Source of the DNA: Nitrososphaerota archaeon
GTDB taxonomy: Archaea; Thermoproteota; Nitrososphaeria; Nitrososphaerales; JACQRY01
Length of the DNA stretch: 64,000 bases
NCBI GenBank assembly: GCA_016184315.1
Contig: JACPCU010000020.1
Span: forward strand, 21,025-85,024
Direction: 5' to 3'
How positions within the stretch are numbered: position 1 is the first letter of the stretch; each line of letters opens with the position of its first letter. This document shows positions 1-7,843 of the stretch, in pieces. Made by a program: the position numbers and the translations under genes. Under the pieces are notes generated by a model that was given only the letters and a program-made list of their open reading frames with translations, was not told where the DNA came from and ran no database searches.

Positions 1-19
1 AACAACCAATTCCCTAGTC

Positions 20-334
20 ATGAAAGAAAGTTATGCTGCTTTTGATACTGGTAATGGAGTTAGCAATACGTTTGATTGTAGGGCTTTACCTAAAATCCGT
101 ACTGAAGAACTGGGACGAATTAGTAACGAAGCTGAATGTGCTTTCTCTCTATGTTCAGGGTTAGATTTCTGTCGGAGAACTGCTAATTCTGATACACCTA
201 AACCCTCAAATCAATCAACGGTAAAAGGCTTGACCGAAGAGAGCCATCTCAGGAGCTGGGAAACCAATCTTAATATGACGACAGAGCTTTTGCATCAATG
301 CCTCAATCACAATTATGAACCTAAAACGACATGA
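20..334 (+). CDS. hypothetical protein, possibly 5'-truncated by the window edge
   Basis: 104-aa ORF. The frame has no stop between nt 2 and 20, so it may begin outside the window. No motif recognised. Lies in visibly AT-richer DNA. Confidence 0.3.
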   Translation: MKESYAAFDTGNGVSNTFDCRALPKIRTEELGRISNEAECAFSLCSGLDFCRRTANSDTPKPSNQSTVKGLTEESHLRSWETNLNMTTELLHQCLNHNYEPKTT

Positions 335-497
335 AGCTTTGAAAGGTTCCCGCAGATAACCAATATATCACCAAGCTGGCTTATTATCGCAATACTTGTC
401 ATCTTCTATTATTTCTTCGTTCAATATATACAGAAAATCAAAGCTGAAAGAAAACTAAATCAATAGGTATGAGCTTCAACTTCTAAGATAGTGCTTC

Positions 498-1481
498 ATG
501 AGTGTAAATCTTGAAAAACTTGACGGACATGGGTTTGAGGACCTAATTGAGAAACTCCTGATTAGGATGGGGTTCAAAACTGAGGGTAGGAAACCCACAG
601 CAGACGGAGGGATAGACATTGTTGCTATATCTGAAGAACCAATATTGAAGGGACGATACATTATCCAGTGCAAGAAGTGGCAGAGCCCAGTTTCTGTTCC
701 AGTCATCAGAGATCTCTACGGGGTGGTCAATGCTGAGAATGCTAACAAAGGAGTGTTGATAACAACCTCTAACTTTACTGCTGACGCTATCGAGTTTGCA
801 CGTGACAAGCCCATAGAGCTGATCGACGGTGCAAGATTAGACGAGCTCATTAGACAACACAGCTTATCCGAAACCACTCTAGGAGACAAGGCCATATCAT
901 CGAGACAGGCAGCTGCGGAATCATTGAGAGTAGAACTTTCAGGTCTTTCAGACCGATATAGAAGAAGAATCAATGAGGTAGAAAACAGCCTCAACGTCTT
1001 GCATTCAAAGGGGTTCGGCAGTGAATCGGAAAAGAGAACATACACAGCATACCGAAAGTTTACGCTTGAAGTAATGGAACGGATAGAAAATCGCTTCGTA
1101 GCCGTCTGTAAAAGTACAATAGACAATATGAAAAGTTCGTTAGAAGCTTCTGGGACGGCTAGACAATTAGGAAAACATCTGCAAGAATTAGCCGAATATG
1201 CTTTTGAAACATGGGAAAATATCAGACGTACTAATCCTCCCTCAGAATTTGCTAGATCACACAAAATATTGGAAGGCATTGCAGCACAAATACTGGAGAG
1301 TTTTCTAGATTTCCTGCACCAAGTCGAAGAATCTCTCAGCGACTACCTAACAGAAAAAGGAAAGATTGACCACTCAGTTACACTCAAACTCCACATTCCA
1401 CAATCCGAATGGGACGAGCTTGTGAGTAGTTGGAAAGATGCATACAGTCTAGTTTACAAAAGATTACGAATCACTTTTTAA
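498..1481 (+). CDS. Mrr-cat (PD-(D/E)xK) restriction-endonuclease-domain protein with an unknown helical C-terminal domain
   Basis: The N-terminal ~120 aa carry classic Mrr catalytic-domain motifs: GHGFEDLIEKLL..MGF, DGGIDIVA, YIIQCKKW, GVLITTSNFT. Residues ~125-327 are helical with no motif I recognise. Confidence 0.75.
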   Translation: MSVNLEKLDGHGFEDLIEKLLIRMGFKTEGRKPTADGGIDIVAISEEPILKGRYIIQCKKWQSPVSVPVIRDLYGVVNAENANKGVLITTSNFTADAIEFARDKPIELIDGARLDELIRQHSLSETTLGDKAISSRQAAAESLRVELSGLSDRYRRRINEVENSLNVLHSKGFGSESEKRTYTAYRKFTLEVMERIENRFVAVCKSTIDNMKSSLEASGTARQLGKHLQELAEYAFETWENIRRTNPPSEFARSHKILEGIAAQILESFLDFLHQVEESLSDYLTEKGKIDHSVTLKLHIPQSEWDELVSSWKDAYSLVYKRLRITF

Positions 1482-1503
1482 TAGTTACCTAAGCCAAGCC
1501 TAC

Positions 1504-2496
1504 TCAAGTTATGATCAGAGACTTGACATCTAGCTCCTCAAGAACCTTCAGGTTAGCTTGATCGTAGATTTTCTTCAGTCTCTCAGGAGAATAATCAGAA
1601 TAATGACTAGCCAAGATCGATCTAGGGACTCTGCCACAGAAAAAATCAATCCACCTATCAGCCACACCTAGATCACTCATTTCATTACAGAACCATTCTC
1701 TAAGCATCTGAGCATTGATCTTTACACCAGACTTCTTACTGACACGGCTGAAAGCTCTCTGAGCTCCTCTTATCGAATAGCCAAATAATGTCTTATAGAC
1801 TCCTAACACATTAGTTATTTCTACACGAGCCTCTCGGTTGAAGAAAGCAATAGAAGAATTTCTCTTAGTCTCTCCCCTATGAATATCATTAGACAGCCTA
1901 ACCATATTTCTACTCGGATCAAGTTGATCCGAAGTTATTGAAAGGGCTTCACCTAATCTAAGTCCAGAGGAACTTAAGAATAGGAAAAGTGCCTTGAAAT
2001 GCACTGTATCAACATGCTCGTAAAATCGTTTCAATTCCTGCTTTGACGGGACAATAATCATCTTAGGAGCTGGTCTCACAAGCTTAAAGGACGATACTAG
2101 GTGAGGTGATCTAAGATAGTCTCTGAAAAAGACTCTAAACGACTTAATGTAATTACTCTTAGAAGCTGGTCTATCTTTGTATCCACTAAGAAATGCTCTT
2201 AGATCTTCATTGTTAATCTTTAAGAGAGGTTTATTTATGATCTTGATGAACCTGTTTATCCTCCATAAATGGTGCTCTTTAATGGTGCTCGGTGCTAGTC
2301 CTAAATCAACTTCTAGGTATCGTCTGAAGCCTTCTAGAACATCATCAACATTACTACTTTCCGTAATAGCATTACCAGAAACCGTAACCAGATATGTTAA
2401 AGTCCTAGCATCATAGGGCACACTCTCAAGTAAAAGGGGCTGTCGTCTAGTTTGGTCCAGGATTCCAGCCTCGGGAGCTGGCGACCGTGGGTTCAA
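1504..2496 (-). CDS. tyrosine recombinase / integrase (archaeal integrative-element type)
   Basis: SAM-like N-domain (VLEGFRRYLEVDLGLAPSTIKEH..) and a catalytic domain with Arg (SGLRLGEAL), LREWF box and C-terminal Tyr (ASHYSDY). The ORF runs antisense through 61 nt of tRNA-Pro. An in-frame GTG at 2423 is an alternative start. Confidence 0.85.
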   Translation of the reverse strand: MNPRSPAPEAGILDQTRRQPLLLESVPYDARTLTYLVTVSGNAITESSNVDDVLEGFRRYLEVDLGLAPSTIKEHHLWRINRFIKIINKPLLKINNEDLRAFLSGYKDRPASKSNYIKSFRVFFRDYLRSPHLVSSFKLVRPAPKMIIVPSKQELKRFYEHVDTVHFKALFLFLSSSGLRLGEALSITSDQLDPSRNMVRLSNDIHRGETKRNSSIAFFNREARVEITNVLGVYKTLFGYSIRGAQRAFSRVSKKSGVKINAQMLREWFCNEMSDLGVADRWIDFFCGRVPRSILASHYSDYSPERLKKIYDQANLKVLEELDVKSLIIT

Positions 2497-2511
2497 ATCC
2501 CACCAGCCCCA
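2436..2511 (+). tRNA. tRNA-Pro (anticodon CGG)
   Basis: Cloverleaf read by hand. Acceptor GGGGCTG/CAGCCCC, anticodon stem CCAGC/GCTGG with loop CTCGGGA (anticodon CGG), T-arm GTGGG-TTCAAAT-CCCAC, discriminator A. No encoded CCA. Confidence 0.9.
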
Positions 2512-2554
2512 CTCCGAATCTCTTGTTCCTGCCTGACGCGACCTAACAACTTAT

Positions 2555-2752
2555 TTGATCATGACCAGTACTGAAGCCAAGTTACGCAGGATCGAAGAAA
2601 AATTGGAAGGGCTGGAGGAAACTATCGAAGTCTTGGCAGAACCTAAGTTACTCCGCGGAATAAAGCGGGCGTTAGACGACATTGCTGAGGGTAGATACCG
2701 AGACTACGATGACGTCGAGCAATTTAGAGCTACGTTCGAATCCAAGGTATGA
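2555..2752 (+). CDS. type II antitoxin (RelB/Phd-like) paired with RelE
   Basis: 65-aa acidic helical protein. ATGA stop/start overlap with the downstream RelE-family toxin. Confidence 0.6.
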   Translation: MIMTSTEAKLRRIEEKLEGLEETIEVLAEPKLLRGIKRALDDIAEGRYRDYDDVEQFRATFESKV

Positions 2753-3006
2753 AGTATCGTCTCAGAGTTCCGAACACCTTTGAGCGCGAGTTAAGAAGAC
2801 TCGGTCAGCAAGATAAGGATAGAGTCTGGAAGACTATAGGAGAGATTCAAGAATCTCCGTATTCGTACAAGTTCCTAACAGGACAGCTCACCGGCACTAA
2901 ATCTGCCAGAGTTGGAAATATCAGGATAATATTTGCAATCGACGAGCATGCGAAACGAATATTACTGCTTCACATAGGTTATAGAGGAAAAGTATACGAA
3001 CATTGA
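2749..3006 (+). CDS. relE: RelE/ParE-family mRNA interferase toxin
   Basis: 85 aa with the archaeal RelE pattern: ..ESPYSYKFLTGQLTGTKSARVGNIRIIFAIDEHAKRILLLHIGYRGKVY. Confidence 0.8.
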   Translation: MKYRLRVPNTFERELRRLGQQDKDRVWKTIGEIQESPYSYKFLTGQLTGTKSARVGNIRIIFAIDEHAKRILLLHIGYRGKVYEH

Positions 3007-3237
3007 AGGCTGATATCTGACTTGAGACAATTCTTTGGGCTAGAGTTTTCAAATCTTACCACACCCATTCCTTAAGATAGGTTGCTAGGTGTATAGAATG
3101 ATCGACCTATGGACAGTTGACTTACCATTCTGTAGGCATCATAAGCCAACGCAAAGACAATGAATACAAAAGTCCAAGACCACGTAAAAAGAACACAAGA
3201 GGATGTCGAAGAGATGAACGCCTTGAGTGACAAGTGA

Positions 3238-3411
3238 TCAACGAACTGTCCACGGCTTGAGTAATATGCATCTTGCGGGTGTCATTCCTCTGCCTTCGAC
3301 GACTATCTCTGTTGCCCTGTGACCATCTGTGTAGGAAACAACTCTTTCAGAAACTTTCTTCCTACAGTAGCACACTATCTTTTCACCAATGATCTCCTGA
3401 CGCTCAGTCAA
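3238..3411 (-). CDS. hypothetical small protein (57 aa, not in the ORF track)
   Basis: TTG start preceded by a strong SD (GGGAGGAAG, ~8 nt spacer). Overlaps by TTGA the stop of a possible 43-aa upstream ORF (3408-3539). No homology recognised. Confidence 0.3.
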   Translation of the reverse strand: MTERQEIIGEKIVCYCRKKVSERVVSYTDGHRATEIVVEGRGMTPARCILLKPWTVR

Positions 3412-3637
3412 TGTTTACTTCCTCCCATTAATGGGACTTCGTATGTTGCTTCCGCTGCTTTACCCTTCTTGCGAAGCCGCTCCAAAGCTTCCAGCACCTC
3501 TAATACTGATATCCAGTACCCATCTGCGCCGTTGCTCACATTAGGTAGGCATCGCTACCACTCTGCCCGTGTAAGACTGCTCAGTAGACTGCGGCGTTAT
3601 CGATCAATTTATAGAAGACCAAGAAACAAGGAAAACC

Positions 3638-3826
3638 ATGCCAGTAGTTCAAGTTGAAATGTGGACGGGGAGAACCGACGGAGAGAAGGAGAAATTGATG
3701 AAGGGCATATCAAAAGCCTTCGAAGAAATCGGAGTGAAGCCGGAAAGACTGACGATAATCATCCATGAAAACCCGAAGAGCAACTGGGGCACGGGAGGAC
3801 AGCCAGCGTCGAAGACGAGTCACTAA
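3638..3826 (+). CDS. 4-oxalocrotonate tautomerase family protein
   Basis: 62 aa starting Met-Pro (catalytic Pro1). MPVVQVEMWTGRT..EKEKLMKGISKAFEE..G.KPE...IIIHE matches the tautomerase family pattern. Confidence 0.8.
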   Translation: MPVVQVEMWTGRTDGEKEKLMKGISKAFEEIGVKPERLTIIIHENPKSNWGTGGQPASKTSH

Positions 3827-4034
3827 CAACCTCGTCCCATCGCAAAACAAAAATGTATTCTGCCACTTCGGCAGGAAAACAGACTTAACGTGGGAACTCG
3901 AAAGCTACGGCTTTTCTACGTCTTCATGGTAATGCTTCTCGCCGTTTTCCCAAATGGAACATATTGCCCTTATGGGCAAAAGCATCTATTGACAATACGC
4001 GGTCAAGTGAGGCAGATAGAATTAAGCCGACATA

Positions 4035-4058
4035 GGTTCAAATCCCAACGGGCCCACT
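4035..4058 (+). repeat. orphan tRNA-Pro-like 3' fragment (T-loop to discriminator), putative att remnant
   Basis: GGTTCAAATCCCAACGGGCCCACT matches tRNA-Pro 2490-2513 at 21/24 positions. No matching 5' acceptor strand (GGGCCCG) within 200 nt upstream, and the 5' T-stem does not pair. Confidence 0.5.
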
Positions 4059-4139
4059 TGCGCACATGGACCCAATAGCTTAGGTCTTGCATTTTTATTC
4101 GCAAGGCTTATAAGTCGTCCACACACATACACACACAGA

Positions 4140-4373
4140 ATGGGAACGAAGAACATAGCTATCTCCGAAGAGGCCTACCAAAGACTCAAAGCTATAAGGA
4201 AGCCTAGGGAAAGCTTCACCGAGGTCATCGAGAGAATCACCCGCAGCAGAAGCATCCTAGAGTTGGCGGGTGTGTTGTCGAAGACCGAAGGGGCTGAACT
4301 GAAGAGCATGATCAAAAAAATTCGCGCGGAACGCTCTAAACGGATACATGAGACAATCCAAAGGTTGCACTGA
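4140..4373 (+). CDS. vapB: VapB-type antitoxin (COG1753/DUF217-like)
   Basis: 77 aa. The N-terminus KNIAISEEAYQRLKAIRKPRESFTEVIERI is typical of archaeal antitoxins paired with PIN toxins. Sits immediately upstream of vapC. Confidence 0.7.
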   Translation: MGTKNIAISEEAYQRLKAIRKPRESFTEVIERITRSRSILELAGVLSKTEGAELKSMIKKIRAERSKRIHETIQRLH

Positions 4374-4375
4374 GC

Positions 4376-4768
4376 TTGCTTGTCGATACCACCTTCATAA
4401 TCGACATTATGCTTAACGATAAAGCTGCAATTAGAAAAGCGCAAGAGCTGGCTGACACATCCACCCCTCTAATTGTTGGAGCCCCAACCATATTCGAACT
4501 GTATGTCGGAGTCGGATTAAGCGTGAAGTCCCAAGAGGAGAAAGTAAAGATTCTTGATGTACTAAAATCGCTTACTCACCTGCCTCTAGACAACCAGTCA
4601 GCGTCAAGAGCCGGACTTATCTACGCTGAAAGAACCAGACAAGCTAGAAAGATCGATACCGAAGACGCAATGCTGGCAGGCATTGCCATTGAAAATCACC
4701 AGCCATTGCTCACTAGAAACATAAAGGATTTCGCCGGAATATCCGAGCTAAGAGTCGAAAGCTACTAG
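4376..4768 (+). CDS. vapC: PIN-domain ribonuclease toxin VapC
   Basis: 130 aa. N-terminal LVDTTFIID (first acidic PIN residue), later conserved acidic residues (DTEDAMLAGIA), C-terminal LLTRNIKDF. Confidence 0.85.
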   Translation: MLVDTTFIIDIMLNDKAAIRKAQELADTSTPLIVGAPTIFELYVGVGLSVKSQEEKVKILDVLKSLTHLPLDNQSASRAGLIYAERTRQARKIDTEDAMLAGIAIENHQPLLTRNIKDFAGISELRVESY

Positions 4769-4849
4769 TGGGACAGCTAGGAAATCCTGATATTGAGCAC
4801 ATTCACTCCCTAATACCGTTTGTCCAGCCAAATTCAAATTCTAACCTGC

Positions 4850-4871
4850 CGCACCCAGATTGGTGCGTTTT
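4850..4871 (+). terminator. hairpin plus T-run downstream of vapC
   Basis: CGCACC-cagatt-GGTGCG followed by TTTT, about 80 nt after the vapC stop. Confidence 0.35.
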
Positions 4872-4920
4872 GACTTATACATATGGAAGCATAGGCATCT
4901 GCTTAATCTTTTAGCCGGAC

Positions 4921-4936
4921 CCCACCGGCCCCACCA
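4921..4936 (+). repeat. second tRNA-Pro-like 3'-end fragment including ACCA
   Basis: CCCACCGGCCCCACCA. The first 14 nt match tRNA-Pro 2499-2512 at 13/14 positions and are followed by CCA. No tRNA body upstream. Confidence 0.35.
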
Positions 4937-5097
4937 CTTGGAAAAGCTGTGAAAGAAATATTTGCGAGATCACAAAGACGAATAAGAGTTGAAAGAAGAA
5001 TCTTTACCGCTTTGTTGAGGCTTTCCTTAGAAGCCCAGAACTTGGCTGTTTTAAGACGGCTAAGAAAGCTGGCACACTGTTTGTCGGATTTGCGGAC

Positions 5098-5397
5098 GTG
5101 ATTGGTGTCAGAGAAGTAGGAGGAGATGTCAGAGGCGTCGTGATTGACAGAACAAACCCACGGAACATGCTATCAAATCCCAACTGGAGGCAAAAATTGG
5201 ACCTAATTACTTCTAGATTTGAGGAGCACCGTACTCGCGTCGAAATTGCAGTTCGAAGCAAGGAGATTTATCTACGCTCGGATGGATTCTATGCTTTTCG
5301 AAACACTGAATTTCCTGAGGAGATCGATGCTATGAGAATGTCAATAGTCCTATTATTCAATGAATTGTTAAAAGAGGCAGGGATTCGAACCTATTAG
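5098..5397 (+). CDS. hypothetical protein
   Basis: 99-aa ORF of balanced composition. The frame stays open upstream to 4993 without a canonical start. No motif recognised. Confidence 0.35.
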   Translation: MIGVREVGGDVRGVVIDRTNPRNMLSNPNWRQKLDLITSRFEEHRTRVEIAVRSKEIYLRSDGFYAFRNTEFPEEIDAMRMSIVLLFNELLKEAGIRTY

Positions 5398-5660
5398 AGG
5401 AATTAGGACTTTCGGAAATGGCAGTCTCTTGTGGATGCCCCCCGTAAAAACCTCAATCACGCATTTCTCGACGGCGTTTCTTCTCTTTGCAAAAGACGCA
5501 AAATGACCTGAGTCTTTCCGATCACAATAGAGAGATAAGCAGATATCATACAGCTCAATGCGCAGAATTACCCGTTGTTATAAGTAAATGCAAACAGCCC
5601 TTGTTTTAAGTTTGTAGCATGACTTAGCTTAAATAGTTTAGACAATATTTCACCGGCGTC

Positions 5661-7727
5661 ATGCAGCCCTCCTCCAAACGCGTCAAGGGCATCTTCTCCG
5701 TCATCGCGTCTCCCAACCGCCTTGAGATACTCCGAATCCTGAACACCCGCGGACCCCTAAGCTACTCAGACCTGAAAATGATGGCAGGATTCAAATCAAA
5801 AAAAGAGTCAGGAAAATTTGCCTACCATCTACGCAAACTCGTCAGAGTAGCACTCGTCTCACTCAACAGATCTGAAAGAAAATACATAGTCACCAACCTA
5901 GGAAGATTGGTGCTCAACCAAGCTAGGCAGCTCGAAGAGCAATCGATGCTGGAGAGCGGACGCCTCTACGTGCGCACATCCAGACAAATGATGGAGGAGT
6001 TCAACGCAGACCGCATCCTCCAATCCCTTGTAAGAGAATCAGGCATGCCCATGGACCTAGCTCAAAGAATAACCAGCGAAGCAGAGCAACGCCTACACAA
6101 ATTCCAAACAAACTATCTGACAGGCCCACTAATACGCGAACTAGTCAACGCCCTCCTAATAGAACAGGGCCTTGAAGAATACCGCCACAAACTCACCAGA
6201 CTAGGTCTGCCCGTCTACGATGTAACCCAACTGGTAGACAAAGCCGGGGAATCAGGACAAGGAGTAGGCGCGTTGATCGAGACCACTGCAAGAGCAGTAC
6301 TATCAGAATACTTGCTTCTTGCTCGCCTACCGAAAGACGTCGCGGACGCCCATCTGAACGGCGATATTCACATAGCCAGAGCAGGAGTTTGGGGACTCAA
6401 GCCTGACAACATCTTCGTAGACGCTGCAACTTTGGCTGACTTCTCTTTGAAGGGCAGGGTTCTGCAGGCTCCCCGATTGAAGCCGGCTGAAGACTTGGAT
6501 GGCGCGTTGAGCCATTTCGCAAACGCGTCACTTCTGATTTCAAGGGAGGCTGCCGTTGAAGCATGCTTCGAAGGACTAGCGCCCTACTTGGCCAAGTACT
6601 CGAACGGATCCGGAGAAGACCTGCGTAGAAGTCTCAGGCGGACCCTGTTTGAAATGGGTGTGGCTGCCAGCAGGCATGGTGACGACGGCTTCATCACCCT
6701 TGTAGCCAAAAACAGCGGCGAAGAAGATGAACGTAGAATAGTCGATGTTCTCATAGGTGCATACGGAGACTACGTTGAAGCCACTCCAAACCCAATGATC
6801 AAACTGGTCTACCACGACGTAGACGGAGGAAGCAAACAACAGCTACCCGAGGGCCTTGTAAACCTGGTAGCTCAGGGAGTGGACATAGCTGTCTGCAGAG
6901 GCCCCCGAGCCCGATCATACATCGGCCTAGCCAAGAACATTCTGCCAGCAGAGATCTCCTCAGGCTTCTCCTCTGTGCACTCATTGTCCGTTAATCTACC
7001 GAGACTCTCCTACGAATCCAGCAAAGATGACACCTACTTCAAAGCCAAGTTGGCGATGCAGCTCAACATAGCCGTCCAAGCATTAGACAACAGGAGAAGG
7101 ATGATGAACGAGTCAACCAAAAAAGGACTCCTCCCAACACTATCATCCAACCCCAGCATCGTCACCATGGAAACAATGCCTCTGTTCGTCAACCTGATCG
7201 GCCTGGACGACGCCTTGGCTCAGCTAGCCGGAGACAAAGCAACAGGCTCCACAAGAAACAAGATGGTTGAAGGAATAGTTCAAACAGCCCTGAAAGTCTC
7301 GGCTGACAGAGGCCTAAAGATAGGCGAAACCATCGGCGTATCTATTCTCGAAGACGACTCCGCGTCAAGGTTCGCAGCAATAGACGCTGACCGCTACGGC
7401 AAACTAGGAAGCGGCCCCACAGGAGGAAAACACTACAGCCACGGCGCCGTACTCTCTTCAGAAGATCTGGATGACGCGGAAACAGTGGAACGAGTCAGCA
7501 TGCTTTCAACCAAGCTGAACGGAGGCTTCCACGCCTCCTTCACACCTGACAAAGGCGAAGCCCTTGCTGAACTGATGGCCAAGGCGAACAAACATCTGTC
7601 CTATTACCGCGTTCAGCCCAAACAATCTATCTGCAAGAACTGCGGCGCAAAGATGATCGGATATGTCGGCAGATGCAGAAATTGCAGATCAATGAGCCTA
7701 ATCCATGCCCCAATGCCCGAAAATTGA
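5661..7727 (+). CDS. wHTH (ArsR-like) + ATP-cone + class III RNR (NrdD)-like domain protein lacking the glycyl-radical C-terminus
   Basis: aa 10-95 form a winged helix (NRLEILRILNTRGPLSYSDL..FAYHLRKL). aa ~100-190 form an ATP-cone (RLYVRTSRQMMEEFNADRILQSL..). The core carries AHLNGDIHIARAG (compare the NrdD GxIHIHD box). C-terminal CxxC..CxxC ribbon, then the protein ends 11 aa later. Confidence 0.7.
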   Translation: MQPSSKRVKGIFSVIASPNRLEILRILNTRGPLSYSDLKMMAGFKSKKESGKFAYHLRKLVRVALVSLNRSERKYIVTNLGRLVLNQARQLEEQSMLESGRLYVRTSRQMMEEFNADRILQSLVRESGMPMDLAQRITSEAEQRLHKFQTNYLTGPLIRELVNALLIEQGLEEYRHKLTRLGLPVYDVTQLVDKAGESGQGVGALIETTARAVLSEYLLLARLPKDVADAHLNGDIHIARAGVWGLKPDNIFVDAATLADFSLKGRVLQAPRLKPAEDLDGALSHFANASLLISREAAVEACFEGLAPYLAKYSNGSGEDLRRSLRRTLFEMGVAASRHGDDGFITLVAKNSGEEDERRIVDVLIGAYGDYVEATPNPMIKLVYHDVDGGSKQQLPEGLVNLVAQGVDIAVCRGPRARSYIGLAKNILPAEISSGFSSVHSLSVNLPRLSYESSKDDTYFKAKLAMQLNIAVQALDNRRRMMNESTKKGLLPTLSSNPSIVTMETMPLFVNLIGLDDALAQLAGDKATGSTRNKMVEGIVQTALKVSADRGLKIGETIGVSILEDDSASRFAAIDADRYGKLGSGPTGGKHYSHGAVLSSEDLDDAETVERVSMLSTKLNGGFHASFTPDKGEALAELMAKANKHLSYYRVQPKQSICKNCGAKMIGYVGRCRNCRSMSLIHAPMPEN

Positions 7728-7843
7728 CAAGAAGATTGAACTAGAAAAGTCAGTCATGAGACGATCAGTTCTTGTCAATAACGTTTCGTCTCAACGTATG
7801 ATCACTGTAGCGAAGAACAGGTAAACTTTTTTTCAACCGAACC

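Larger units (their letters stand above)
1..2435. mobile_element. right-hand part of a putative integrated element (integrase plus Mrr-like cargo); left end outside the window
   Basis: An integrase directly abuts or overlaps a tRNA gene. Cargo-type genes and visibly AT-richer composition compared with the core genes from 5.6 kb onward. Confidence 0.45.

Noticed and set aside
716-1279. 187-aa minus-strand ORF inside the Mrr-like gene. Similar long antisense ORFs occur at 10228-10740, 18594-19223, 19169-19660, 39309-39794 and 62595-63074.
   Set aside because: Each lies entirely opposite or out of frame to a gene with strong family motifs and has skewed Ser/Arg/Leu-rich or Cys/Trp-rich composition. 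These are shadow ORFs.
3319-3657. 112-aa plus-strand ORF in the RelE to tautomerase spacer.
   Set aside because: Ser/Arg/Leu-rich low-complexity translation with no SD. It overlaps the start of the tautomerase gene and lies antisense to a better-supported SD-led small ORF.
3890-4078. 62-aa ORF, and the possibility of a complete intron-containing tRNA ending at 4056.
   Set aside because: No 5' acceptor strand (GGGCCCG) within 200 nt upstream. The 5' T-stem (ATAGG) pairs at only 3 of 5 positions, and the candidate anticodon hairpin has a 4- or 6-nt loop. It is treated as a tRNA 3' fragment, and the ORF merely reads across it.
4032-5394. ATAGGTTC(A/G)AATCCC present at 4032-4046 (+) and inverted at 5380-5394, which could be terminal inverted repeats around vapBC.
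   Set aside because: Only 15 nt with one mismatch, made largely of generic tRNA T-loop sequence. The second copy lies within the coding end of ORF 5098-5397, and no target-site duplication is seen.
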